This document shows, piece by piece, positions 49,962-60,990 of a stretch of DNA of 64,000 nt (within the stretch, counting starts at the first letter, position 1; each line of letters opens with the position of its first letter). The notes under the pieces are model-generated. The model did not search any database. It had not been told where the DNA came from and saw only the letters and a program-made list of their open reading frames with translations. Source of the DNA: an uncultured delta proteobacterium (lineage in GTDB: Bacteria > Desulfobacterota > Binatia > UBA9968); NCBI GenBank assembly GCA_963847445.1, contig CAWJZV010000026.1, forward strand, positions 32,001-96,000. The letters are read 5' to 3'. The position numbers and the translations under genes are program-made.

Positions 49962-51524
49962 AGCCCACTGCAAAATTCTGCCGGATTCCGCAAATGGTCG
50001 ATCGCGATCACGCTATTTCTCGGAACTCTATCCGTGGGCTTGAGCGTGACCGCCGTGAATATCGCGATCCCGACCATGATGTCGTCCTTCGGCACTTCGT
50101 TGAATCGCATCCAGTGGGTTCTCACCGGCTTTATGATCACCCGCACGGTGCTGATTCCCTGCGTCGGCTGGTTGGGCGACCGCCTCGGCGACCGCAATGT
50201 CTTTCTCTTGAGCACGACGCTATTCACCGCGGGGTCGTTGCTCTGTTCGCTGTCCTGGAATACCGAATCGCTGATTTTCTTTCGCATCATTCAGGGGATC
50301 GGCGCGGGGCCGCTTCTGGGCGTGGCGATGGCGATCATGTTCGAAGCCTTTCCGCGCCATGAGCGCGGCTTGGCAATGGGGCTGTTCATGACCGGTTGGT
50401 CTTTAGGCCCGTTCCTCGGCCCGATTCTCGGCGGCTATCTGGTCGAACATGTCCATTGGCGCGCGATTTTTTACATCAATCTGCCGACCGGCTTGCTGAG
50501 CATTGTCGCCGGCTATTACATTCTCCCGCGCACGAAATCTCAGGCCGCCGCGGCGCCCCTCGATGCCTTCGGCCTAATCACGATGATCGGCGCGACTATC
50601 GCGCTATTGCTGGCTCTCAGCATGGGCCAGGAAGAGGGCTGGAGCAGTCGATTCATCGTCGGCCTTTTCATCGCCGCCGCCATACTCACCGCGCTCTTTC
50701 TGGTGGCGGAAACTAGAGTGAAGCAGCCTTTCTTGGAGCTCAGTTATTTTCGCAACGCCAATTTCACCATCGCCAATATTTTGATTTTCCTGCGCGTCTT
50801 CGCGTTTCGCGGCGCCAGTTTTCTGGTTTCGCTGTTTCTGCAAAAGGCGCTCAACTATAGCCCCACCCAAGCCGGGATTTTTCTTCTCCCCGGCGCGGTG
50901 ATCACCGGCCTGTGGTCGCCGTTGGCGGGAAGCTTGAGCGACCGGTTGGGGCCGCGCATCCCGATCGTCTCCGGTTTCGTCATTCTCTTTATCGCGGTCT
51001 ACGGCCTGTCGACGATGACGCTCTGGACCACCGTGACGATGATCTTCGTTTTCCTGTGCTTGAAGAGCGTCGGCGAGTCGAGCTTGAATGCGCCGCTCAA
51101 CACGCTGGCGCTGGGCGCGTTGCCGGAGGGCCGGGCGCGCATGGGCAGCGGCATCATCGGCATGAGCCGGGGACTGGGCGAAGCCTTCGGCGTCGGCGTC
51201 TTCAGTTTTCTCCTCGAGCGCTCCGCCTACCTCAATCTTTACTCCATCCCGCCTCTGCAGGGCGCGGCGTTTGTCGCCAACGAGCGCTTCGAAGCGCTGG
51301 CGCACATCCGCGGGCTTTTGATTCAGGCCGGTCAATTCGCTGTCGCCGTGGAACAGCGCGCCGAGTCCCTGCTCGCCCACTCGCTTATCACCCAAGCGCT
51401 CGCGCTCGCCTATCAAGACTTGTTCTTCGTCATCGCGCTAATCTATCTAGGACTGATGGCGCTGGCATTTTTCTTGCGCGCGCCTAAGGCGAGAACCGAT
51501 CTACAACCAGACCGGCACGGATGA
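49938..51524 (+). CDS. DHA2 (EmrB/QacA) family MFS efflux permease
   Basis: VNIAIPTM, WVLTGF, GWLGDRLG, RIIQGIGAG, GPILGG, WRAIFYINLP. Confidence 0.92.
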   Translation: MKLFQQPASPLQNSAGFRKWSIAITLFLGTLSVGLSVTAVNIAIPTMMSSFGTSLNRIQWVLTGFMITRTVLIPCVGWLGDRLGDRNVFLLSTTLFTAGSLLCSLSWNTESLIFFRIIQGIGAGPLLGVAMAIMFEAFPRHERGLAMGLFMTGWSLGPFLGPILGGYLVEHVHWRAIFYINLPTGLLSIVAGYYILPRTKSQAAAAPLDAFGLITMIGATIALLLALSMGQEEGWSSRFIVGLFIAAAILTALFLVAETRVKQPFLELSYFRNANFTIANILIFLRVFAFRGASFLVSLFLQKALNYSPTQAGIFLLPGAVITGLWSPLAGSLSDRLGPRIPIVSGFVILFIAVYGLSTMTLWTTVTMIFVFLCLKSVGESSLNAPLNTLALGALPEGRARMGSGIIGMSRGLGEAFGVGVFSFLLERSAYLNLYSIPPLQGAAFVANERFEALAHIRGLLIQAGQFAVAVEQRAESLLAHSLITQALALAYQDLFFVIALIYLGLMALAFFLRAPKARTDLQPDRHG

Positions 51525-51559
51525 ACGGTAGAGATCAAGCTTGAGCCGCTTTGGAAACC

Positions 51560-51621
51560 GTTCATGGTTCAACGGTTCAAAATTCACGCCGGATTCCGCA
51601 ACTATCTTTGAACTCTTGAAC
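51560..51621. repeat. Inverted repeat with GTTCAA / TTGAAC arms
   Basis: gttcatggttcaacggttcaaaattca gccggattccgcaac ... ttgaactcttgaac. Confidence 0.7.
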
Positions 51622-51805
51622 GGCTGCGCTTTGACAATTGCGGATTTGAACTTTGCCGCCGGATTCAGACCGGGTCGGTGCGATGTCGTTGGACGGCTGA
51701 TCCGCGCTGGGCGAGAAATGCTTTTCCTGCTGTCCGCAGAATCACCATCGAAACAACGCGAGAATACCGAGTCATGGCGAATCCCGGCATCGAATCCCAC
51801 CCGCT

Positions 51806-53548
51806 CTAGGTGGTAATCCGGCCACCGGAGATAAATGTGCCGATGCGGTTGCCGCGGGTCACGGGCAGGAGTAGGTGCGATGGATGCTCGGTGTCGTGGT
51901 AAAGCGTCACGCGCGAACTCGATTGACGCGCCACATGGCCCGAGCCGATGCCGTGCAGATGATGCGTCGGCGGGCCGCCGTCGTCCCCGGAGATGCGGAT
52001 GGCGAGGCGAAAGCCGGGACGAAGCCGGATACCGTAGGGGCGAATTTCGATATTGAACTCATAAATCTCATTGGCGGTCAGCGGCTCGCGTTTGTCGTGG
52101 CTATGATAGGGCGCCCAGGGCTTCGAGCGTTTCGGATCGATGCGCCGTTGCGAGCCTCTGAGCCAGCCGCGCGTCAACAAACGCTCGGTGCCCTGCGGGT
52201 CGACTTCGAGCAGCTGCACGAACCACAGGATCTCGTTATCGGTGGTCGATGCATACAGTGTCAACGACAGCGGTCCGCAGATATCGGTTGCTTCGACCAT
52301 CGCGGGTGTGCGAAACAACGCGGCGCCGCGCTCGTACGGTGAGTCCACATATACCGTGGGCGCTTCGTTGGGCCAGAACTCGTGCTCGGAAAGCAGACCA
52401 TGCTCGTGCAAATAGAAGGGCGTCCAACGCGTTTGCGGCAGCGGCCATTGGTTCGCTTCAATCCACTCACCCTCGCCGCCGTCGAGAAACACTTGCACGC
52501 GCGGCTCGTCCATGAGCCCGGTGTCATTGTCCTTGAGCCAGAGATCGAACCAGCGCAAAGATTCATAATGATATTGATAGACCGGCCGATCGAGATAAAT
52601 CGGCGGCCCGACGGTAAACTTCTTCGCTCCCTGCCACTCCTCCCAGGAGCGCATATCGCCCGCGAGATGGATGCCGTAAACACCCCAGCAGCTGCCCAGG
52701 TAAGCGGGAATCTTTAATTCACCCTGGCTCGCGGCGTGCCAGTCCTGCCAAAAGGTCGAATCCTGCGGCATCACCAGCGGCTCGACGATCCAGGCGTTGC
52801 GCCCCCTATCGGGATCGCGCAGCGCCTCGGCGAGCGCCGGGATCGCGGCGATTTCCGGATCGTTCAACGCAGCTTGAACCCGGCGCCGGTATTCGTCCTC
52901 GCCGAGTTTTTCTTTCATGCGGTTCTTGAAGCGCAGATTGGGCAGCTTGGCGATCCAGCGCGGCCGGAAGTTGTGATGCAGAATGCCGCCGTGGTAGTCC
53001 AAGTCGCGGTATAGATCGGTCAGCCCGTACATCGCGAAAATGCATTTGAGCGACGGCGGATTGAGCGCGGCGACGCGTTTTTGCACCATGGTAAAATAAG
53101 ACGGGCCGAACATGCCGACCTTGCCGTTACACCATTCTTGCTTAGCCAGCCATTCGATGGCGTCGTAGACGTCCTGAATTTCTTGTGGCCCGAGGAAGTC
53201 GTAGTAGCCCTCCGATTTGCCGGTGCCGCGCACGTTCAAAATCACGTGAACGTAGCCGCGCGAGACATAGAAGTTGGGATCGCCGGCTTCCATGTGGCCG
53301 CGGATTCCGCCCGCCCCCACCGGCATGATCGGCGCGATTTGATCTTCGAGTGAATAGGCGCAGACACCCAGGATCACCGGAAATTTTCCCTCGGCATCGG
53401 GCCGGTAGATGTAACTATTCAGCTTGGTGCCGTCGGCGGTCGGGATCGCGCAATCGCGCGCTTCGCGCACGCGATATTTACGCTCGGAAGTCATCCAGGT
53501 TTGCGTCAGCATGGGCTCCGATATAGCCAACAACCCCGGCTCTGTCAA
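51806..53548 (-). CDS. CocE/NonD family hydrolase
   Basis: DGTKL..IYRP, RGTGKSEG, WCNGKVGMFGPSY nucleophile elbow, WFDLWLK, C-terminal GWLRGS; start may be ATG 53512. Confidence 0.9.
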   Translation of the reverse strand: MTEPGLLAISEPMLTQTWMTSERKYRVREARDCAIPTADGTKLNSYIYRPDAEGKFPVILGVCAYSLEDQIAPIMPVGAGGIRGHMEAGDPNFYVSRGYVHVILNVRGTGKSEGYYDFLGPQEIQDVYDAIEWLAKQEWCNGKVGMFGPSYFTMVQKRVAALNPPSLKCIFAMYGLTDLYRDLDYHGGILHHNFRPRWIAKLPNLRFKNRMKEKLGEDEYRRRVQAALNDPEIAAIPALAEALRDPDRGRNAWIVEPLVMPQDSTFWQDWHAASQGELKIPAYLGSCWGVYGIHLAGDMRSWEEWQGAKKFTVGPPIYLDRPVYQYHYESLRWFDLWLKDNDTGLMDEPRVQVFLDGGEGEWIEANQWPLPQTRWTPFYLHEHGLLSEHEFWPNEAPTVYVDSPYERGAALFRTPAMVEATDICGPLSLTLYASTTDNEILWFVQLLEVDPQGTERLLTRGWLRGSQRRIDPKRSKPWAPYHSHDKREPLTANEIYEFNIEIRPYGIRLRPGFRLAIRISGDDGGPPTHHLHGIGSGHVARQSSSRVTLYHDTEHPSHLLLPVTRGNRIGTFISGGRITT

Positions 53549-53805
53549 TTTTCCATTTAGCGAAACGCCAGGTCTCGGCCCGCGCTGAGTTTGAGCAGTT
53601 GCCGCGTCTTCTTCCTTAGGAGTGCGACATAACGCATGAGCGGGTTATTTTCCGGAAAGAATAGCCAGCATGCTCAGACAAGCCGCATACTTCACAATTC
53701 ACGTCTGGCGTCTGGATCGATCGCCATCGTAAAAGTTCCTGTCGATCGCGACGGCGGCAAAGGGTAGGACGAAGCCACAGGAAAGCAAACCCATTATCCC
53801 TCGGG

Positions 53806-54783
53806 TCATTTAGCCGTAAGTTTTTGAAAAAAACCTTCCTTTTCTATTTCACCGACAAAGCGCATATCCGCCACGTCGTCGAATTTCAACTGACGAATCT
53901 TCGCATCCTTTTCAGCCAAATTGGCGAGCAGCGAATTGATACCCGCTCTGCTGACGTAAGGAATAGCATCGAAAGCATCGCGAAACTGGTTGTAGGTGTC
54001 GCCGAGTATATCCGCGTCATTCAAGCGCGTATATTTTTGAATCGCTTTTATGCCGACTTGCCGGTTGGTCTTGAAGATAACCACGCCCTCGCCGAGCGCC
54101 CGCACCAGACGCCGGGTGTTATCGGGATTGGCTTTGACATAAGCGCGCGTGCTGGCGATGACCGTGGACGGATATTCGGGACCATCGACACCAAGATTGA
54201 CCAGTTCGTGCAGCCCGGCCTTCTTCGCCCGGCTATTGGTCGGCGGCGACAACGCCCCGGCATCGATCTGGCCGGCGAGCAAAGTGGTCAGGATGTTCGG
54301 CACTTCACCTAGCTGTAGCAGGGCATAGTCGTTGGACCCCAAGCCGGCTTTGTTGACGACATGGAGCACCGCGGTGTGGGTCGACGAGCCGATGCGCGTG
54401 ATGCCGATCTTCTTGCCTTTCAAATCCGCCACACGCTTGATGTCCGGCCGCGCCATGATCGAAAAGACAAAGCGATTGACCCCTGCACAGAACATCACGA
54501 CATCGGCGCCGGCGCCGACGGCTTGAATACTATTCAGCGCATCCGCTGTCGTGTAGTGAATCTCGCCGGACAACATCGACTGAATCGCCCGCGAAGTCGA
54601 CGCGATATGAATCAGCTCAAGATCGAGGCCATGTTTCTTGAACAGCCCCTCCTCCTGCGCCACCCAGATACCGCTCATGACCCCGCTGATGGCGCCCCAG
54701 TTGAGCCGGACTTTCTGCTGGGCGCCGGCGGAGGTTGCCGTCGCGAGAAGGAAAAGAGCGAATATCCCGATTTGAATTATCAT
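53806..54783 (-). CDS. NMT1/SsuA-type ABC substrate-binding protein
   Basis: Own signal peptide MIIQIGIFALFLLATATSAGA; WVAQEEGLFKKHGL, LKGKKIGITRIGSSTH, IDAGALSPP. Confidence 0.9.
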   Translation of the reverse strand: MIIQIGIFALFLLATATSAGAQQKVRLNWGAISGVMSGIWVAQEEGLFKKHGLDLELIHIASTSRAIQSMLSGEIHYTTADALNSIQAVGAGADVVMFCAGVNRFVFSIMARPDIKRVADLKGKKIGITRIGSSTHTAVLHVVNKAGLGSNDYALLQLGEVPNILTTLLAGQIDAGALSPPTNSRAKKAGLHELVNLGVDGPEYPSTVIASTRAYVKANPDNTRRLVRALGEGVVIFKTNRQVGIKAIQKYTRLNDADILGDTYNQFRDAFDAIPYVSRAGINSLLANLAEKDAKIRQLKFDDVADMRFVGEIEKEGFFQKLTAK

Positions 54784-54796
54784 TGCGGTAAGAGAA

Positions 54797-54865
54797 AGGG
54801 CGACCCGCCGGTCGCCCCTACAAGTAAGGAAATTTCCGAAACCTTGAACTTTTGAACCTTGAACC
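54797..54865 (-). repeat. GTAG-type REP (54797-54821) and TTGAAC array (54844-54865)
   Basis: gtaggggcgaccggcgggtcgccct on minus strand; ttgaactt ttgaacc ttgaacc about 8 nt past the stop at 54873. Confidence 0.78.
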
Positions 54866-54872
54866 GCGCCGG

Positions 54873-55945
54873 CTATGCCGGCGCCACCCACGCGGTCAGC
54901 ACCGACGGCGTGTCCTTCAGCACCGGCTCCCACGAGTCGCCGCGGTCGCGGCTCGCGTACAAGCCGCCTTTGCCGGTGATGCGCGCGTCGAAGCCGTAGC
55001 CGCGGGCGCCGTCGCCCATGCCGCAGAACAGCGCGTTCTTGTCGGTCGGATGTTGCAGCAGCACCCAGGGCATCCATGGATTCTCTTTTTCCAACCCGTT
55101 GGCCGAAATGCGCCAGCTCTCGCCGCCGTCGTCGCTCAAAAGAATATGGCCCAGCGGCGTGTGTCCGCTCGCGCGCCCATACACCGGGCGAGCCCTTGCC
55201 GCCGCTTAGCACCATCCGTCCGCCGGGCATGAAGTGCCACTCGTGGGAATAGCTATGCAGTTCGGTGTAAGCCCAGGGCATGCCGGTCTCGACCCGGCGC
55301 CAGTGTTCGCCGCAGTTGTCGGTGCGGAAGAAACCGCGCGCCGACGAGACGTAAAAGCGCTCTTTGCTGCCGGGGAAGTTTTCGATGTAGTGCATGTCGA
55401 CGTAATCGATGCCGACGCTGCGGTCGTACCAAGTTTTGCCGCGGTCGCGGCTCAGCAAGACACCGCCATGTTCGAGCAAAACATAAATCAGGTTTCGATC
55501 GTCGGGATGAATAAAGATATGGCGCACATGAGGCGTCTCGACGTCCTTCAGCCGCGGCGGCACGCCCCACTTACTTTTTACCTCGGGACCGAAGTCGAGC
55601 ATGCCGTCGAGGGGTTCGAATTTTTTCCCGCCGTCCTCGCTGCGAAACAGCCGGATCGGCCCGATGCCCATGTAAACCACGCGCTCGTCATGGGGATCCA
55701 CCGTGAACGTGCGCACGTCGCCGTCCATGATCTTGGTCCAGCTCTTGCCGGCGTCTTCGGATCGATAGCCGCCATCGAACGCCACCGCGGCAAAGACAAT
55801 CTCGGGCTTCTTTATGCCGCCGATCAAATGCTCCAAAGTCACGCCGGGAAAATGCTCGGCGATGGTATTCATGGAACCGGCCCGGTTCTCCATCACCTTC
55901 AAGCCCGCCATTGTGGGCGATGTAGTAACGCAATGATTCAGCCAT
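54873..55945 (-). CDS. BNR/Asp-box repeat beta-propeller protein (frameshifts near 55900 and 55185)
   Basis: Repeated S.D.G.SW boxes: RSEDAGKSW, RSEDGGKKF, SRDRGKTW, RTDNCGEHW, SDDGGESW, SRDRGDSW; GGAGG RBS. Confidence 0.85.
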
Positions 55946-56067
55946 AAGTACCTCCTCTGATCATAGCATCGTAGCTTGTGAGACGCCGATATCCTCCCTC
56001 GATGGCGCAAAGCTCTGAGGTGACCGGATCGTCATCCGGCAGCCGCATCCAGAGGCCTTCCCCTCGA

Positions 56068-58357
56068 TCAGGCAAGACCGTCCGTCTCGACTCGAATCAT
56101 CTTGGCGCTATCCCCGTCCACCTCAACCTTACTTCTCGCTCGTTTAAGCGCCTGATAAACCTTCTCCGACGTCACCGGCAGATCGGTGATGCGCACGCCG
56201 CAAGCGTCCGCCACCGCATTGGCCACCGCCGCCGCCGTCGGCGTGTTCGCCACTTCACCGATGGCTAGAGAGTTATACGGCCCCGGGCCCGCCGGCACGC
56301 TTTCCGCGACATGGGTCTTGAGCGGCGGAATGTCGGTGATGTTAGGAATTTTAAATTCGCCGAAATTGCTCGTGGTGATCTTGCCGCCGTCGTCGAACAG
56401 CACTTCTTCGGTGAGCGCGTAGCCGAGACCGAACACCACGCCGCCTTCCACCTGCCCCTGGTGCATTAGCGGATTGATCACCTTGCCGGTGGTATGCGCC
56501 GAGATCATGTTGCGCAGCGTCACCTGGCCGGTTTCCGGATCGACATGGACTTCGGCGATCTGCGCCGACACCGAGGCGTCGTGCGACTTCTCCGAGCTCT
56601 TATAATAACCGCGCACGTAAATCGGCGCGCCTTTGAACTTGATCACCTCGGCGAAGCTCATCTTGCGCTTGGACGGCTTATGCCAGACCAGGCCTCGGTC
56701 AGTCGACAATTCTTTCGGATCGACTTCCAACGCTTGCGCCGCGAACAGGAACAGCTCCTCGCGCGCCTTGGTGCCGGCTTCGAAGGAGGCGTTGCCGTAG
56801 ACCCGAGTCGCCCGGCTGCCGCCGACGCCGCCGTCGCTCGGCACGATGGTGCTGTCGACCTGTTTCAACTCGATCTCGTCCGCCGGCACTTGCAGCTCCT
56901 CGCCGACCACTTCGACGATCACCGTCAACACGCCGGCGCCTTGATCGACCACCGGCGAGATGATTTTGATCTTGCCGTCTTCTTCGATGGTGACAAAGAC
57001 ACTGCCTTCGCCGCCGCTCGGGCTCCATTCGGAAAATGCCAAACCGCGGCCGACATTTTTCGGCTTGGCCTTGTTGAATCCGGCCATTTGAATCGCTTTG
57101 TCCAACGCTTCGTCGCCGCGGATATGCGAGATATGGCCGCCGATCGGTGTCTCGTCGCCGTCATGGAGCATATTCTTGCGCTTGAACTCGGCGGGGTCCA
57201 TGCCGAGCTTGCGGGCGACGATGTCCAGCTGGCTCTCGTTGGCGAAAAAGCCCTGGGGATCGCCCGGCGCGCGCATATGGCCGCAGGGAATCTTGTTGGT
57301 GTAGACCATCCGTTCTTCGATCAAACAGTTGGCGATCTTATACGGCCCGGCGCAGGTCGACGCGCCGATCAGGTAACCGGCCGGCTTCATCGACGCGTAG
57401 GCGCCGCTGTCGAAAAGAAAGTCGATATGGTGCGCGACGATGGTGCCGTCTTTCTTGACGCCCGTCTTCACCTTGATGATCGACGCGTGGCGCGGATTGC
57501 CGGCGGTCAATTCTTCGGTGTAGTCCATGACCATTTTCACCGGCATGCCGGCCTTCTTCGACAGGAAGTACGCCAGCGCCACGTCCATGAAGCCGCCCTT
57601 GCCGCCAAAGTCGCCGCCGATATGCATGGGATGAAAGATCAATTTTTCCTTGGCGATACCGATGCAGTTCGACAACTGGCCGCGCACGGCGAACGGCGTC
57701 TTGCTGCATGACCAGATATCGGCGCTGCCGTCGGCGCGGGTATGCGGCGACGCAGGCATGGGGTTCCAGATAAGACTGATGCGTGACTTGAGTGGTGAAA
57801 GTATTTTCGACGATCAGATCGGCCTGCTTGAAGCCGGCTTCGATGTCGCCCTTGCCCCACTTGAGATAAGCGAATAGGTTGCTGGCTTTTTCCACCGGCA
57901 CGGGCAAGCCCTTTGTAGGACAGCAAATCGGGATGCAGCACCGTCGAGCCGTCTTTGACCGCTTCGACTGGGATCGAGCAGCGGCGTCATTTCGTCATAC
58001 TCGACCTCGATCAACTCCAGCGCCGCTTCCGCCGCCTGCTTGGTGGTCGCGGCCACCGCGGCAACTTTCTCGCCGATGAAGCGCACGATGCCGTCGGCCA
58101 ACACCGGCGTGTCGTAGATGCAGCGGCCGATGCGCAAGCCCGGCACGTCCAAGCCCGGTGAGGACCGCCTTTACCCCAGCCACCTGCTCCGCTTTGCTGG
58201 TGTCGATTTTTTTGATCCGCGCGTAAGGCACCGGACTCCTGAGGCAACGGCCCCACAAGGTCTCCGGCAATTGCAAATCGGCGCTGTATTGCGCCTGCCC
58301 CGTCACTTTCGCCACGCCCTCCACTCTCGGCGTCGATCTTCCCACAACCTGCGTCAT
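56068..58357 (-). CDS. Xanthine dehydrogenase family molybdopterin-binding subunit (frameshifts near 57750-58150)
   Basis: KVTGQAQYSAD, RSPVPYARI, VRFIGEKVAAV, HQSYLEPH, GGDFGGK, MRAPG, GVGGSR, INPL..GQVEGG, IGE, LPVTSEKV. Confidence 0.92.
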
Positions 58358-58465
58358 TTATTTTCCTCCACAATAGAATTCTTCGCGGCATTGCTGCCTT
58401 GCAGACTTTTTAAACCGGAACCCGACAACTTGTCCAGCGCTTCGCGCCGAATCTCCGAAAACGAT

Positions 58466-58499
58466 TTGAACGGCTTGAACTTTTTGAACGTTTTGAACC
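58466..58499. repeat. TTGAACnnn nonamer tandem array
   Basis: ttgaac at 58466, 58475, 58484, 58493; about 10 nt past the stop at 58509. Confidence 0.8.
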
Positions 58500-58508
58500 T
58501 TCAGTAAT

Positions 58509-59630
58509 TTACCCCCACACCCGCCGCGCCGTCCTAGCGACCAGTTCCAGCTTTCGCTGCATATCGTCCCAGGTAATCAAATTCCCCGACGCCGCCGAGG
58601 CGAAACCACACTGGGTGCTCAGAGCGAGATTCTCCACCGCCACATACTTCTGCGCCTGCTCGATGCGGCGCATGAGTTCATCTGCGGATTCGAGTTCCGG
58701 CTCCTTGGTCGTGATCAAGCCCAACACCACGGTCTTGCCCTTGGGCACGAAGCGCAACGGCTCGAAGCCGCCGGCCCGGTCGCTGTCGAACTCCAGTAAA
58801 TAGCGATCCATCTTGAGCGAGCCGAAGGCCTTCTCGGCGATCGGTTCGTAACCGCCCTCGGCGCCCCAGGCGCTGCGCTTGTTGCCGCGGCAAAAATGAA
58901 TGCCGATGGCGACATCGCTGTTGCGCTTGATGCCGTCGATCATGGCGTTGTCCGCCGCGATGGCGGCATCGAGCGCCTCGTCCAAATCGATGCCGCTCTG
59001 GGTCAACACGGCGCGCCGGCTCTGGTCGAAGAAGTTGGAATAGGACGGCGCGTCCAATTGCACGTAGGATGCCCCCTCGTCGATCAGTGCCTGCACTTCT
59101 TGGCGCATGATCGCCGCGACATCCTGCAGCATGTCATGCACCGTCGGATAGAACTTATCCGACACCCCTGGCCGATAGCGCATGATCGCATGCTGCATCG
59201 CCGCCGGCGTGCAGACTTTGAACGGCCCGGGCGCATGTTGTTTCAAGAATGGCGCCTCGTTGGGCGTGAAACGGCCTTTTCTCGTCAGCTTGGCGCCGAC
59301 GATGTATTGGAGATTGCCTTCTTTCGATTCGGCGGCTAACTCTTTACCTCTGCCGCGCCATTCGAACTTGACTACAGGTTTGCCAGGCACCAGCCCATCC
59401 ATCGCCTTGGTGATATCCGCGGTAAAAATATCCCGGCGATACTCGCCGTCGGTAAAGACATCGACGCCGGTAGCTTTCTGCATCGCCAACGCCTGGAGGA
59501 TCGAACGGTCCTCGATCTCGCGCACCTGCCGCTCATCCATCCGCCCGTCGCGCAGCGCCGCCCGCGCTTCAAGCAACTCCGCCGGCCGCAACAGACTGCC
59601 GATATTATCCGCCCGAAATGGTATCGCCAT
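58509..59630 (-). CDS. Short MetE-like Zn enzyme, subfamily A
   Basis: FRADNIGSLLRP, TDGEYRR, VQLDAP, HFCRGN, LEFD, STQCGF. Confidence 0.92.
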   Translation of the reverse strand: MAIPFRADNIGSLLRPAELLEARAALRDGRMDERQVREIEDRSILQALAMQKATGVDVFTDGEYRRDIFTADITKAMDGLVPGKPVVKFEWRGRGKELAAESKEGNLQYIVGAKLTRKGRFTPNEAPFLKQHAPGPFKVCTPAAMQHAIMRYRPGVSDKFYPTVHDMLQDVAAIMRQEVQALIDEGASYVQLDAPSYSNFFDQSRRAVLTQSGIDLDEALDAAIAADNAMIDGIKRNSDVAIGIHFCRGNKRSAWGAEGGYEPIAEKAFGSLKMDRYLLEFDSDRAGGFEPLRFVPKGKTVVLGLITTKEPELESADELMRRIEQAQKYVAVENLALSTQCGFASAASGNLITWDDMQRKLELVARTARRVWG

Positions 59631-59676
59631 GACTTAGACTCCCTTCCGAGGTTGAACTGTTGATCGAAACCGCATC

Positions 59677-59757
59677 GTTCAACAGTTCGAAGGTTCAACC
59701 GTTCAACGTCCGAATCCGCAACCAACCTTGAACTTTTGAACCGTTGAACCTTGAACG
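59677..59757. repeat. Inverted repeat with GTTCAA x4 and TTGAAC x4 arms
   Basis: gttcaacagttcgaaggttcaaccgttcaac gtccgaatccgcaaccaacc ttgaacttttgaaccgttgaaccttgaac. Confidence 0.85.
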
Positions 59758-59764
59758 AAATTAT

Positions 59765-60907
59765 CTATCCCCACACCTGCCGCGCCGTCTCGACGACCAC
59801 TTCCAACTTTCTTTTCTGATCGTCTTCGCTGACCAGATTGCCGACCACGTCCGAGGCAAAACCGCATTGCGGGCTGATCGCCAATTGTTCGAGCGGCAGA
59901 TACTTGGCCGCGGCGTCGATGCGGCGCTTGAGATCGTCGACGGTTTCGATCTCCGGAACCTTGGTGCTGACCAGTCCCAGCACCACGACCTTGCCTTTGG
60001 GCACGAAGCGCAGCGGCGCGAAGGTTCCCGACCGCGGACTGTCATATTCCAGCAAGAGCCGGTCATGGCGCAGCTCGGTGAAGAGCATCTCGGCGATGGC
60101 GTCGTAACTGCCCTCGCGGTGCCACATGCTGCGCTGGTTGCCGCGGCAGAGATGAATGCCGAAGGTGACGTCGTCGAAGAGCCGCAAAATCTCGTTATCG
60201 GCATTGACCGAGCGCATGAGATTTTTCGCTGGATCTTCGCCGCGCGCCTTCATCTCATCGAGGGACGGCGCGTCGACATAGGCGGTGTAGCTGGGCGCGT
60301 CGATTTGCACGTAACGGCAACCGGCGTCGACCAGGCCGCGAATCATTTCCCGTTCGATGCGCGCGACATCGGCGATGAAGTCCTCGATGCTCCAGTAAAT
60401 CGATTTTGAGTTCTGATAATCGAAACGCTGGGAGATCCGGTCCGGGCCGACCAGCGTCACCTTGGCCGGCCGCTGGGCAACACTGCTGACAAACCTATAT
60501 TCTTCCAATGGCAAATTCCGCTGTAAACGAAGCTTTTGCGACACCGGCCGGCGCTGCAAGATCGCCGCCCCGTCGGCGACATGGTAGGGATCCCAGCGCT
60601 GCAGCGGCTTACCCTCGCGCGACAGACTTTCGACAAACGACAGATCCGCCGGGCGGGCATCGAATCCGCTCACCGATGCGGCAAAGCTGTCCTGGAAATT
60701 GAGCCGGCGGAACTCGCCGTCGGTGACGACCTCCAGTCCGATCGCCTCCTGCAGCCGCACCGCATGGCCGATCGCTTCGTCCTCGATTCGGCGCAATTCC
60801 TCGGCGGTGATTTTTCCCGCATCTTGATCTGCGTAGGCCTGTTTGAGATGGCTGGGACGAAGTAAACTGCCGACCACGTCGGTCCTGATCTGCGCTAATG
60901 GTTTCAT
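59765..60907 (-). CDS. Short MetE-like Zn enzyme, subfamily B
   Basis: RTDVVGSLLRP, TDGEFRRLNFQDSF, VQIDAP, HLCRGNQRSMWHREG, LEYD, SPQCGF. Confidence 0.92.
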   Translation of the reverse strand: MKPLAQIRTDVVGSLLRPSHLKQAYADQDAGKITAEELRRIEDEAIGHAVRLQEAIGLEVVTDGEFRRLNFQDSFAASVSGFDARPADLSFVESLSREGKPLQRWDPYHVADGAAILQRRPVSQKLRLQRNLPLEEYRFVSSVAQRPAKVTLVGPDRISQRFDYQNSKSIYWSIEDFIADVARIEREMIRGLVDAGCRYVQIDAPSYTAYVDAPSLDEMKARGEDPAKNLMRSVNADNEILRLFDDVTFGIHLCRGNQRSMWHREGSYDAIAEMLFTELRHDRLLLEYDSPRSGTFAPLRFVPKGKVVVLGLVSTKVPEIETVDDLKRRIDAAAKYLPLEQLAISPQCGFASDVVGNLVSEDDQKRKLEVVVETARQVWG

Positions 60908-60990
60908 CGTGATTTTCCCATAAGGTTTTTTCTCTTCGACTGAAAGGGATTTATCTTAATGTTCTTCCCGGTTTCCGGTGAAAAAGTGTT

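Noticed and set aside
53549-53805. Possible riboswitch or ncRNA upstream of the CocE gene (also 6700-6786, 10474-10690)
   Set aside because: No recognisable conserved motif by eye; an Rfam/Infernal scan would be needed
53806-56010. 734-aa BNR propeller-SBP fusion ORF
   Set aside because: A frameshift near 55185 skips the real BNR C-terminus (stop 54873) and reads through repeats; the SBP has its own signal peptide at 54783
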